Shown: positions 13,891 through 25,501 of the stretch, piece by piece | How positions within the stretch are numbered: position 1 is the stretch's first letter | How the letters are laid out: every line of letters starts with the position of its first letter | Assembly: GCF_964204865.1 (NCBI RefSeq) | Contig: NC_135254.1 | Location: 11,842,001 to 11,906,000 of the forward strand | Source: Styela clava | Taxonomy: Eukaryota | Reading direction: 5' to 3' | Length of the DNA stretch: 64,000 nucleotides | Translations under genes and position numbers: made by a program | Notes under the pieces: model-generated | What the model was told of the DNA's origin: nothing | Databases searched by the model: none | Seen by the model: only the letters and a program-made list of their open reading frames with translations

Positions 13891-15644
13891 TTTGCTATCA
13901 ACAGGCAATAGTACAGTCAGACAGTTGGGTGAGTTCTTTTTTAGGAGAAATTACTATAACTGTATAAAGCTGGCTAGAAAATTAATAAAAGGGTTAGTTA
14001 ATATCCAATCAAACAAGGATCCCGAGTCACGGCTTAATAATTTCGCATATTCAACTGCTAAGATAGACACTCACTCACGTTTCAAAAGACGCCATTTACC
14101 GGTAGTTGTTAATAGGAATGGATTTTGGTGTGTTTGTGAAAGCTGGAAGGTGCAGGGTTTTCATTATCAGTGACTTTGTTATGTTAGCACTTGTCAGCAC
14201 TGTTTAGGGTGGCTTACCCACTTTGCGGCCATGACCTATCTGCGACCATCAACTTCATCGATTAAATTAATGCCGAAAAAATTAACGAACCGCGCCGATA
14301 TTTCTCACGCGTTATCGTCCACTTATCCCTCGTAGCTCTACGAAATCACACTAAAATGCGGCCACAAATAAAAAAGTTACGACCGAAAACCTGACCGAAC
14401 AAAAAAAACGGACCATTTTACCATGTCGCCAACTACCCATTGTTCCTTCGAAAAAGGTTGAAAATCCATACAAATATAAGAGATAAAGAGATGAAACTTG
14501 GCAGGTGGGTAGAGTTGTGTTTCTTTTAACCATCTTTAAAGTTTCGCGTTTCTACCTTCAAAGGAGGGGGAGTAGGGGGGTGCGCATTTCCAATACGTCA
14601 ATAATATCTTTGTCAACTAATTTGCGACCACCGTGTTTTTGTCTGTTTGATTGCTGTGATGCAGTGTTTGTTTATAATTTGAAGAATTTTGTTTGAAATA
14701 ATCGTGTTCTTAAAATATATGACGGTCAGAAATGCAATTAGAAGCCCATTTTTTCATGCATGGCTGCGTATGCCCTAGTCTCGACGCAGCATAAACGATG
14801 TTCAAGGCTTGAAATCCGTGGTCGCACACTGGTCGTTCGGTCGCAAATACATCTTCAGAGTGTCGTACTTTGGTGGTTTGTTTAGCTTTAACCCCTGGTC
14901 GTAGAAAGTTAATTCGAAGTTCAGCGTGTAGAATAAATGCCAATGCACCTACGGTGAAAAAATTAACGGGTTAGAAATATTGGTTTTTGTTTTATAGCGG
15001 TTTGAATGAAATCGTCCGCAGACTGGCTACACCACCCTATTGGTGGATGACTCATTCCACCAACCACCAGACTGTCAGATATAATAGGATTTCAATCATG
15101 TGCATTTTCAGGGAGCACTGGCATACGGTACTCAGGCATTATGACATTACATTCTTTGTTCTTGTATGACATTTGATAGCCACCAATAAACATTACTGAC
15201 AAATTCTGACTTTCAGACTTTATAAACTGAATGATTATAGGCAACACGCACCTTTCGGCTTTCACATACGCCAAAACCCATGCAATTGACAATAAAATGG
15301 GCTTGTCTACCTGCAGACCTGTCCTTGGGCACTACAGCACTAGGTTTTCTACTAGACTACCCTAACAAAACGGTTTATTGCGTTATGTTTGCGATTATTT
15401 GACCTTTGACTTATGCCAAAATATGCATCGTCGTCGTCGTTTTGGGTGACAGGACTGTGCAGAGAGTACAGTTATTAGTTCATTATATTACATTAGTCAT
15501 AGGCTAGTAGATTTCGAAGATCATTTGAAGTTGATGTTGTTGCTTCAGCTGCCTCTGAGCGATTTTATGTTTCTGCTGTAGCCTACATATTTTTTTTAAT
15601 CGAAACAGGTTCCTTATATGACTGTACAGTATGACATGTAACAT

Positions 15645-15970
15645 TGCCACAGCATCTCTAATTACTCTGCTTGGGTTCTCAGGTTCGAATCCCATGCGGG
15701 GATGCATATGTGCAAGAGGATTGCTGGACTCCTCGTGCCGTAGGGTGTTCCACGTAATCGCTGATCAATTACAGTTTCCTCCACCATCCACAGATCCAGT
15801 CCATGATTCCAGAAACAAATACCGGTAGACTAACTAATCACATACCCGACATGGAATGGTAACTGGACAAGACAGGTGGTGGTTCGCCATAATACAGTAA
15901 TAAGGTTAATAAGCCGTCTTATCGGCTTTCCTCTCCCCTGGGATAAATATGTGAATCCTATCTTATCCTA
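15645..15970 (+). mobile_element. tRNA-like SINE copy (5'-truncated)
   Basis: Pol III B-box GGTTCGAATCC at 15682-15692; homologous to 3085-3410; ends in a short simple-repeat tail (cctatcttatccta). Confidence 0.7.
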
Positions 15971-16007
15971 AATTTTTTCAACATCAGCATTTAGTCTAAA
16001 TAACGTT

Positions 16008-16416
16008 TCGGTACCGGTATTGTTCCACTTTCAGACTTTACAAGATTGAAGTTTTGTACGGTACGGTACGGTACCGGTAGCTGACTTTCTTTCTGCCGAT
16101 AATGTTTTTTAAGATACCTACCGTACCTATGTTTTACAGTTTTATGACAGCTGACAGAATGTGGTACCCTACGGTACCGGTATGTTGCTGACAGAAAACA
16201 AAGACACACTTTTTAAAACAATCAAATTTGCAGGGCCATATACGGTACCGGTACCGGTACCGTAACGGTATGAGGTACCGGTACCTGGTAGTCTCTGTTT
16301 CAGCTGTTTTTCTGAGATACGGTACCGGTACCGTACCGGTAATAAAAAAAACTTTGGCGTACAGTATCCAGTTACAGAGCTATAAAACATCTAAAGTCTG
16401 GAAATGTCGGCCCTGG
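16008..16416. repeat. Cluster of palindromic GGTACC/ACCGGT motifs, probably DNA-transposon subterminal repeats
   Basis: Many cggtaccggtaccg units; cagggcc (16231) and ggccctg (16416) resemble hAT ends, but no TSD was seen. Confidence 0.5.
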
Positions 16417-17544
16417 TAAATCGTCCTCTTCTTCCCCAGCAAAGTGATTCCCAGCAACACTTAGCGCCGATAGCGGCACCTATCTTTCAAATTAGAACAC
16501 CTCCATGGTACGATATGGTGTGGATGTTTCTCCGTCACAATTACAAATCAGCAATACGTTAACAATGACGAAACAAATGCAATTTATGCGGCCGCTCAGA
16601 TACTTCTTTTGCTCAAACAGATATTTGAGCGTGATTGTAAACATCACAATTATTTGTTAGTTTTTAGTTTAGGCCGCGAGCCGAGGCACTGAAAAACGCC
16701 TAGAAAGTTGGGCAGCCTTTCCATAGCCCTGTTTAGTTATGCTAAGACGTTGTTAAAAAGTATAAGTAAGTTATTAAACACTTGTAGATCCTTACCGCGG
16801 ATATGGGCCGTGAGACGAAGCCTTGAAAACGCCCAGAAAATGAGTTTCGTAGCGCACATTTGGTAACTAAATAAATTCTTCAGTTTTGTGTGAAGATGAA
16901 CATACTGAACGCATTATAGCTTGTTCCACAATCCTGATGCGAAATTGAATATAAGAGGTTCCCGGAAATTCATTAACCATAAGTTTACAACACATACATA
17001 AGAACTATGCAGTTCGAAAGCCCTACAGCACACTAACACAAATGTATTCCTGTAACGTTTTGCCTGACCAAAATCAGACTTCCTCAGTCAATCATAATTT
17101 ATCGGGTAGATTACGAAAATAATGGCATACATGTAACCAACAACAAAAAATACTCAATTGTGTGACAGGAGTCGCGAGTGACCTCGAGAGGTCTTCAAGC
17201 AGCGACACCAACAACGCTGATACACATTAGCGAATAAATTTTATGTAATAACCACAAGCAGTTTACAACAAGAACAGCATAAAAAGCTACATCCATTTTA
17301 TAGAAGCTATCAAACGTATTTTTTTTTAAACAATGAAGTCACAAATTAACATCGTGTGCACGAAAACACAAATAAATCCGTTATTTCTCACATAGAAATT
17401 TACTGGAAAAGTCAAGAAAATTAAATGAATGTACAGTATGTACATAACATAGTGAACAGAAATATTACAATTAGTCTTTTTTTAGTTTATGTGGTTATGT
17501 ATTTGAACAAAGGCAATATTATTTCTAGAAACAGGACAACGACA

Positions 17545-17990
17545 CTAACAAATGTCCGAAAAAACAAACAGATAAATGATACTTATTAAATCAACTGCAA
17601 TATCCAATTCACTTTCTTCTGAATTGTTTTCGAAATCCACTATCTCGAAAATCGACTTTTCCCCTATAAGGGTACTGTGATTTTTGCAGTCAATACGAAA
17701 ACAAAAATCTGTGCAATTTAAGTTGATTTTGGCACACTCGCATAAATTATTTTGACTATTTTTCCCACACTTGCTTTTTTCCAACTCAAGAACTGATTTG
17801 AGGGCCACATGCTTCTTCAGTGAATCATTGTTGGATGGGAGAGTATAATCCTTGTGTTTGCCAGTGTTAAATAGACGTGCCCTGGCATCATTTACATTCT
17901 TCATATCCTTTTCATACAGTGAACAAACAAATTCCTCAGTTTTATTTATTAATGCCTCGTTGACCTCAAAAGATCTTCATAGTTGAGAAA
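17545..17990 (-). pseudogene. Degraded C-terminus of an Academ(X)-like transposase (XPG-adjacent region plus Cys-rich finger)
   Basis: Translation FSQL*RSFEVNEALINKTEEFVCSLYEKDMKNVNDARARLF...LPS...DSLKKH...CGK...LCECAKINLNCTDFCFRIDCKN matches the E-FVC-LY...VN-AR--LF...LP...Cys-cluster pattern I associate with Academ proteins; stop codon and apparent internal deletion present. Confidence 0.55.
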
Positions 17991-18691
17991 AAAATGAATT
18001 GAAAACCTCAATGAAGTCTCCAACATGAGTTTGATGGGCAGTTCCAATTGCAGAAAAGTGCTAAAGTATTTCAATATGAATAGCCCATCTAAGTGTTTGC
18101 AACTATTATGATTCTCATATACCTTTAAGCTTCAAGACTTCTTGTTTAATACATTTTATAGCACTGATAGCAGCAGGGATTAGAGCCTGCGTTAGGTCGG
18201 ATTGGCGGAACAGAAAATCATATTTGGAACAGCATAAGTGTAAAAATTCCCCTTAAATACTAACTAATACCTTGAATCAGTGGCGGCGCGTGGTCATTTT
18301 AACAACCGGGGCAAGCTACTGCGGGACCAAGTCACCCCCATCTACGGGGACAGGATGAGCGCTGTAAGTTCTCCCATCATTTTACGAGTATAAAAACCAT
18401 TCCATCGGTAACAACCAATCGGCAAAAGCGACAATGTTTAACGATAAGAAAGTGTCTTTAAAACCGGTCCAAGTCAAGGGATTAATAAATATAGACATAG
18501 TTTATTTTGAAACCTCTTTCAAAAGGAAAGGCAATATTTACCCAGATAAATACAATGACATATTACCAGAAACTTCGGGAAAACAGACAAAACCTAAAAT
18601 AAGGTTTAAAACGTTACTATGAAGAAAGGAAAGGTAATGCAAAGATAAGGACATGCGTCGCTCACTCATAGATATATATGCTGCTAGACTT

Positions 18692-20038
18692 CTACTGCTT
18701 GAACATATATGCAACACGCCGCGGTTTCTTGGAAGCAAAATGCTCAATAAGGCGCTGATTAAAGACATGCATCCCAGAAATAACGTCTCTGTGAATGGAT
18801 AAAACAGCCAAGGAATTCAATCTATCTTGCTTCATTGTGTTTCTGAGATACGTTTTAATACGCTTCAGCGTGCTGAATGTTCGCTCTGCGTCGGCGGAAG
18901 AAATAGGCGTCGTCAAAATGATGTTCAGAAATTTTGCAAACGCCGCAAAGGTAGTTACTAGAGTGTTATCTATGAGGAACCCATAGAGCGCGCAAGTTGA
19001 TGTGATGTTCAAAAAAGTTTGATTGGTGTATATACATCGCAATTCATTTTCCAATTTACCCACGTTTATCATGGGGTAAAATTTGGAGACAGTAGCCAAA
19101 AATGGATGGGAAATTAACGTGTAAATTTTGAAAAATTTTTGGGGTTCATCAAAGAGAACGCGGCAAAGTGTTCAGTGCGCAGACGATCGCCTATTTGATT
19201 CACCAGAATGTCACAGCATTCCTTTGCAGACAAAATCAAACGCTGCGTTGTTTGCCCGCGGCGTAAAGGAGCACTCCATGTGTCGTCGTATTTTATTGTT
19301 TCCCGGATACGAGATACAGCATCGCAGAAGTCTGAAATACACGACTGCACAGACGCTCCATCCATTAGCCTTGACTGCAATGCGCCGTATAATACATCCA
19401 CGTGATAGAATATTGTGGAGAAAAAAGCGAGAAAAAATTAAAACTCACCATCTTCTAGTAGTCGCTTTAGACCTGCCGCCGCCCTCACAGAGCGTTCGTC
19501 CCAAACCGGAGAGCTCTGAATGCCATTGAAACACTCAATGAGCTCAGACCTATTTCGGACACGCCCTGCACCACGCGTGATTGGAAGTTCCAACGTGTTG
19601 GTGCACAAGCTGGGAGACGGCGGCTACATATCTGGCGAAGGAGGTCAGAGCGCTTCGGCGAAACGAAAAAAAATGAAGAAAACCCCGAAACATTTGCAAA
19701 AAACATACGGGCGGGAGGGGTATCAAGACACATATTTTTAATAACGAGGTTAAATTGGTGTGCATAACAATGTAAAAAATGCTCATGAGGAAAATCTTCT
19801 TTTATATAAACTTGAACACCATGTTTCGACCCACTCATGACTGCCGCGCCGTCATAAGTTTGAGCTATCAATTTTGACTTCGCGTTGTAAGGCTGTAACA
19901 CTTCTTTCAGTACAGCCGATATCCCGCAAGCCGTGCGATCAACGATTGGTACAAAGCTGTGAAATCTCTCGGTAGGTTTAGCATCTTTCACAAACCGAAA
20001 AATCACAGCCAGTTGGGAAACGCACGTGATGTCAGTTG
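18692..20038 (-). pseudogene. hAT transposase C-terminal half including the hATC dimerisation domain
   Basis: Continues TDITCVSQLAVIFRFV...QTYDGAAVMSG...HCYAHQFNL...PTRWNF...TPISSADAERTFSTLKRIKTYLRNTMKQDRLNSLAVLSI; split over three ORFs by frameshifts. Confidence 0.92.
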
Positions 20039-20568
20039 CAGTGGCGGCGCGTCAATAGGGCCAACCGGGGCAATGCCCCGGTTGTTTTTTCGGTATAATA
20101 AAAAATATTCGAAAAATACCTCAATATCGGTTGCACAGACTGTCTACACTAGCCATATTCTCCCGACATGGTTCATTTTTCGCTCGCAAAGCCTTCGCCG
20201 AACGTCGACGGGGCGACGCCGATTTTGCCCCGGTTGCTCATTGTATATCGTATTCTATCTTTTATCTTCCACTCGCCGCGTTTGTCTCGTTTGTTTTCTG
20301 TTTCTTTTACTACATCATCGGGGCTAGCCCCGAAATCATGATGACACAATGCCGACGTTTCTTACAACAACGTGTTGACATATTCACGCATTCCTTCTGG
20401 TTCGTTGGTTGCTTAAAGAGTTGATAGTTTCCTCGCCTTCGTTTTTGTCGCTTGTTTCGCTATTTGAATCAGTTAGACCCCTTTAGTCCATTTGCTTTCG
20501 ATTTTCCACATTCCTTTTGAGCTCCTCACTTCTTTCCGGCTTCGCATTTCTTAGCCTTAGACCTCATA

Positions 20569-21317
20569 ATGAATAAGGTTGATGCACTACTTCGCACTCC
20601 GTTTTCGCAGCTGCCGCTGGAACAAAAATTAGAGGTACAACGTCTTGGGCCTTATCAACCAAAAAATTGTTCACTGGAATAATCCCATGACGGAGGAAAG
20701 CGTCGGCGTACATTCTGCGCAGAAACTTGGTATAAAAAACACGAATGGTTGTGTTACAGCGAGGACGAAAATGCACATTTTTATGTTTTTATTGCCTACT
20801 TTTTGCTACCGCCCGTGACTCACGTTGGTGTAAATTTGGTTTCAGAGATCTTAAACATTTTTCCGAGCGTGCCAGGGATCATCAATCTTCTATGGAGCAT
20901 CTGGACAATGCAGTAAAATACCGAACATTCGGAAATGTTAATATTGCAGCACAGTTGGATGAAGGACGCGCGGTTTCTATTCGTCGGCACAACCAAAACG
21001 TCGAGAAAATCCGTCATGTTCTCGGTCGATTGATAGATGTTTTGAAGTTCATTGGTTGTCACGAGCTGTCCCTCCGTGGGCACGATGAACGGGCTGGCTC
21101 TTCTAATAGAGGGGTATTTTTGAATATGGTGGAATACACCGCATCCCTAGATACAGTATTGAGAGATCATCTTGATGCCGCAACTGTTTCGAAAGGGACA
21201 TCTAAGGATATCCAAAATGATTTGCTCGACTCAATGTATAAAATTTATTTACAACATTTGGCTCTGGAAATTGAGAATTGCCAGTTCCTTTCGATTCAGT
21301 CTGACGAGACAACTGAC
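20569..21317 (+). pseudogene. hAT transposase N-terminal half (TTF-type zinc finger, DUF4371-like region, first catalytic Asp)
   Basis: MNKVDALLRTPFSQLPLEQKLEV..., in-frame TAA, WYKKHEWLCYS, frameshift, CFYCLLF...LSLRGHDE...NRGVF...SKDIQNDLL...SIQSDETTD, then an abrupt TIR. Confidence 0.9.
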
Positions 21318-24219
21318 CAGTGGCGGCGCGTGTCATTTTGACAACCGGGGCAAGCTACTGCGGCCCATCTACGGGGACAGGATGAGCGCTGTAAGTTCTC
21401 CCATCATTTTATGAGTATAAAAACCATTCCATCGGTAACAACCAATCGGCAAAAGCGACAATTTTTAACGATAAGAAAGTGTCTTTAAAACCGGTCCAAG
21501 TCAAGGGATTAATAAATATAGACATAGTTTATTTTGAAACCTCTTTCAAAAGGAAAGGCAATATTTACCCAGATAAATACAATGACATATTAACAGAAAC
21601 TTCGGGAAAGCAGACAAAACCTAAAATAAAGTTTAAAACGTTACTATGAAGAAAGGAAAGTTAATGCAAAGATACGGACATGCGTCGCTCACTCATAGAT
21701 ATATATGCTGCTAGACTTCTACTGCTTGAACATATATGCAACACGCCGCGGTTTCTTGGAAGCAAAATGCTCAATAACGCGCTGATTTAAGTCATGCATC
21801 CCAGAAATAACGTCTCTGTGAATGGATAAAACAGCCAAGGAATTTAATCTATCTCTATCTAATACGTTTTAATACGCTTCAGCGTGCTGAATGTTCGCTC
21901 TGCGTCGGCGGAAGAAATAGGCGTCGTCAAAATGATGTCCAGAAATTTGCAGACGCCGCAAAGGTAGTTACTAGAGTGTTATCTATAAGGAACCCATAGA
22001 GCGCGCAAGTTGATGTGATGTTCAAAAAAGTTTGATTGGTGTATATACATCGCAATTCATTTTCCAATTTACCCACGTTTATCATGGCATTGCGCCGCCA
22101 CTGATGGTAAGGATATACAAGAGTTTAATATCTTACTTATACTTTTCAACACCTCCTTAGAATAACTGAACTAATAATAATGGAAGAAAAAAAAAACTAT
22201 GGAAAGGCTACCCAACGCAACGCAAAAGCGAGCAGTAGTAAATCTGATGTTCATCCGACCACGGTGGATCCACCTACAGCTGTCTAATTTGTTGTTACGT
22301 CATGCAGAAGTCTGCGTTCATTGCCCCATGATACCGGAAAAGCAGAGAAAATAGGACAGATGGTAACACATATTTATTGTAGTAAAAGCGTCTTTTCTGT
22401 AAAACGTGCAACTTTTGGAAGTGGGAACAAGGCAATATTTGTTACTAAATTTCTAAGGAACATTTTAAAATCATTTTCAGATAGTTACCTTATGTGCGCT
22501 ACGAAACTGAAAGATAAATGGCCTCGGCCTTGTTGTGTTTCCAAAAATAGGTGTAAACCAAATACAATAATTGGCATTATGTTTTCTAAAGACCTTCAGT
22601 TTAGTTGGAATAATCGAAAATTGATAGCGCAAATAAGTCAAGTTTTTTTTTCCAACTAGTAAAAAACAAAACAAAAAACATGCAAAAATTTAAATAAAAA
22701 ATATAATTAAGGTTACTGGGCAGTTATCGCAGCAAACGCTGCGATAGACTAGCCTAAAATTAGCTATCAGTAGGCTACCTAAGCAACAGGTCATAAAAAT
22801 GGTAGTTTTGGACATGTAAGCCAGTATGTATTCGCCAAAGTTTTGCAACGATAAAGAGAATCTCAAAGAGAAAGAAATCTGGAGAGAATCTCCCGGAAGT
22901 CAATGGTTGTGGAAACGTCTATACAATTTTCATATTCATACAAAAAATCTGTAATTCACTGGATAGTGGATACCAAAGTCAAAGTGACTATAACCCAAGT
23001 GAGGACATCGAGTGCGATGATTTTTTGCGTTTGTTTATATATTAAACCACTTATCACCTTTTCCGCAATGCGCAATCAAGCAATCAGTGTAGTTTTTCAT
23101 GGCTTGGGTTTTTCTTAAAGCTTTCATGGCTTCATGAGTATTACTATCGTCGCAAATTTATTACATTCCACTCCCCACATTATCTTTGCATGAGATTGTA
23201 GGTATTGGTCATTATCAACGTAATTGTTGAAAGTACATCAGCCCGAAAGTTTAATACTATCGTGTATTTTGTTTAGGTTTGGCCCAAGCCGCATTTAAAT
23301 TGGGCTTGTGTTTTGTGTGCGTGCTGATGGGCAGGCAAATGAGATACTTCTCATGTTTTAAACTTTTCATAGGTTTTGCTTGTCCTCCAGAATTCTCCAT
23401 TTTTAATTTATGTTTGTTATGGAGTTTTCAAAATAAACTATCTATGCCTAATGCGGCTTCACTGCGCCCAATGCGCTGCTACTAATGCGCCTCACTAGGC
23501 GTAGTGCGCTGCTCCTAATGCTCTGCACGCAATGAGACTTTTATGTTACCACCACTGATGGTTCCGTTTGTCAGTTTGGCTGGAGATTCGTGATTGTTTT
23601 GAATTTTATTTGGGTAAGTTTAGTATTTTTTTTGCTATTTGTTATTAATGGAACAATACTGGTTCCGTGCAGTTTCGTGAAAGTTGCGATATTTATCCTA
23701 TCATAGCTGTACGATCGAGGTGTAACTTATAAGTTAACACCCTGGGCACTGAACTGGAAATAGATTATAACGTTACTGGTGTATGGAACAATCATCTCTC
23801 TCGGTTCACGTTGTGTTGCCTGTTTTTCGTGTATGCTTGTAGCGAACAAGATAATAATGAAAGTGAGCAAAAATGGATATATCCGAGGACATTTCATATG
23901 CGAAATCGACTACAAGTACCATACTATTATCAATATCAGTTTTTATAGTCACTTTGGTGAATACGAAATGTACATGTCGATCGTTTTGTTGAATTGTTGT
24001 TGTTTTTTATTGCCGTGTTATTGAAAAAACGTACTGGACACAAAGGGAAACAATGGATCGATCTTTTCAGCAACTCATTTAAGGTCGTGAGAATTGCTCT
24101 ATTGTTCGACACGGAGTGGCCTCCTCTAAATTTCAATTGCTTTTGTTGTTAGTTTTGTTGTTCTAGTTGCGTTGCTGTAATGTCTTATTGTGCCGCTGCG
24201 CAACTTGCAAAATCTACTG

Positions 24220-24563
24220 CAGGGCTACTCAACTGGCGGTCCGAATCCGGACCTTCCTAGTATTCTCTTCGGACCACCAAATTCTTTATTTTGGATCATT
24301 GGATGTGAAGGTTTCCTGTTATTAGATGACCTATAGTTTTGAAGGCTATTTTATGATATTTGCATCTGACTATATATATGACAAGAACTGTAACGCCATA
24401 ATAAACAATGCGAATAGCGCTATCTTGATTAGCGAATACTTCATCAATCGGCCGAAGAAATGCTTGTTTATGACTGCCGAAATATAATTTCGGTAACGAC
24501 TGGACCCCAGTAGTGTTGAAGTTTTGTTTACAGATTTCTGGTAAAAATAATTGAATAGCCCTG
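24220..24563. mobile_element. hAT (Charlie/Buster-type) MITE
   Basis: TIRs cagggctactcaa / ttgaatagccctg; perfect 8-bp TSD atctactg (24212-24219, 24564-24571). Confidence 0.9.
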
Positions 24564-24631
24564 ATCTACTGGATTAGTCATTCGGCCTAGAGTCGATGTA
24601 AAATACTGTCATTCTAGACTAGAGTCTAGAC

Positions 24632-24918
24632 CAGATGTGAGCAAGGTTTTTGGACCAGGGACCAAAAAGTTTGCCCATTTGGACTGGCGGGCCAGGTGAG
24701 TGTAACGTAAAAATTCACATTTTATGAACAGAATTTCATTTACAGTGCTTCAAAAGTGGAAAACTAAATTTAATCCCAATCTCAACGAATTCATTAAGCT
24801 ATTTTTAGATAAAACATCAAAACTTGGTTTTAGTTTGATTGTAGCAGCATCAGGTGGGCAAGATAGAACCACCCAATGGGCCTGATATGGTTCTCGAGCC
24901 GTAGTTTGCTCATGTCAG
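24632..24918. mobile_element. hAT (Charlie/Buster-type) MITE
   Basis: Imperfect TIRs cagatgtgagcaa / ttgctcatgtcag; TSD gtctagac / gtctaaac (7/8, central TA); right end similar to 40560-40656. Confidence 0.75.
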
Positions 24919-25100
24919 GTCTAAACAGTGAAGTCACAAGATTTTTTGTTAAATGACTTGTCAACCTAAATCAATCTGACCTGACACATATACCCCATGG
25001 ATAACACAAGTACAAATCAAATTCAATGCTTGATATTCACATTTTTCGGTGTATAATATATTTATATAACAAATGATGAACTAGCAAACAAATTTTATTC

Positions 25101-25207
25101 CTCCTGAAGTATGCGCACCAAGATGGCGCACAACCTGAACTCAGGTCATGTACCAGGTTAGTGTTCAGGTTGTGCGACATCTTGGTGCGCATACTTCAGG
25201 AGTACCC
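25101..25207. mobile_element. Palindromic MITE (ctcctgaagtatgcgcaccaagatggcg family)
   Basis: ~40-bp near-perfect inverted arms; related copies at 45388-45497, 52060-52169, 56875-57110, with partial copies near 40780 and 48955. Confidence 0.85.
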
Positions 25208-25501
25208 AAATTTTTTCATCAGAATTGTGACAAAAATTTCTTTTTAATTATTCCTTTAAGGACAAATTTATAGTCAAGGTCTAGTTATGGTTTAGGAAGT
25301 ATGCCGTTTCACGCATATTGTTGTTAAGTTTTCAATTTTCAATCAAATTCAGAAATGTTGACATCAGATGTGCATTGCTTCTCAAACCTGTTATAAAATA
25401 TAAAGTCGAGAAAACTCGAACTCAATAGATTGTTTGTGATTTCGGTACGGGACAAAAAAAGTTAAATGGAACTTGGGATGTGTGTAGATGGCCCCGCGAC
25501 C

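Larger units (their letters stand above)
18278..22103. mobile_element. Rearranged composite of two hAT (ZMYM1-like transposase) elements
   Basis: Terminal motif cagtggcggcgc at 18278, 20039 and 21318 (plus) and inverted at 22092-22103; 21318-~22086 repeats 18278-~19073 with small deletions. Confidence 0.9.

Noticed and set aside
15660-15740. tRNA gene suggested by GGTTCGAATCC
   Set aside because: No cloverleaf found; it is part of a ~300-bp repeat with a second copy at 3085-3410, so a SINE.
16008-16345. CRISPR-like interspersed palindromic repeats
   Set aside because: Eukaryotic context, irregular spacing and no cas genes; typical transposon subterminal motifs.
18692-21341. Domesticated ZMYM1-like host gene
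   Set aside because: TIRs, TSD, stop codon, frameshifts and the inversion show a dead transposon.
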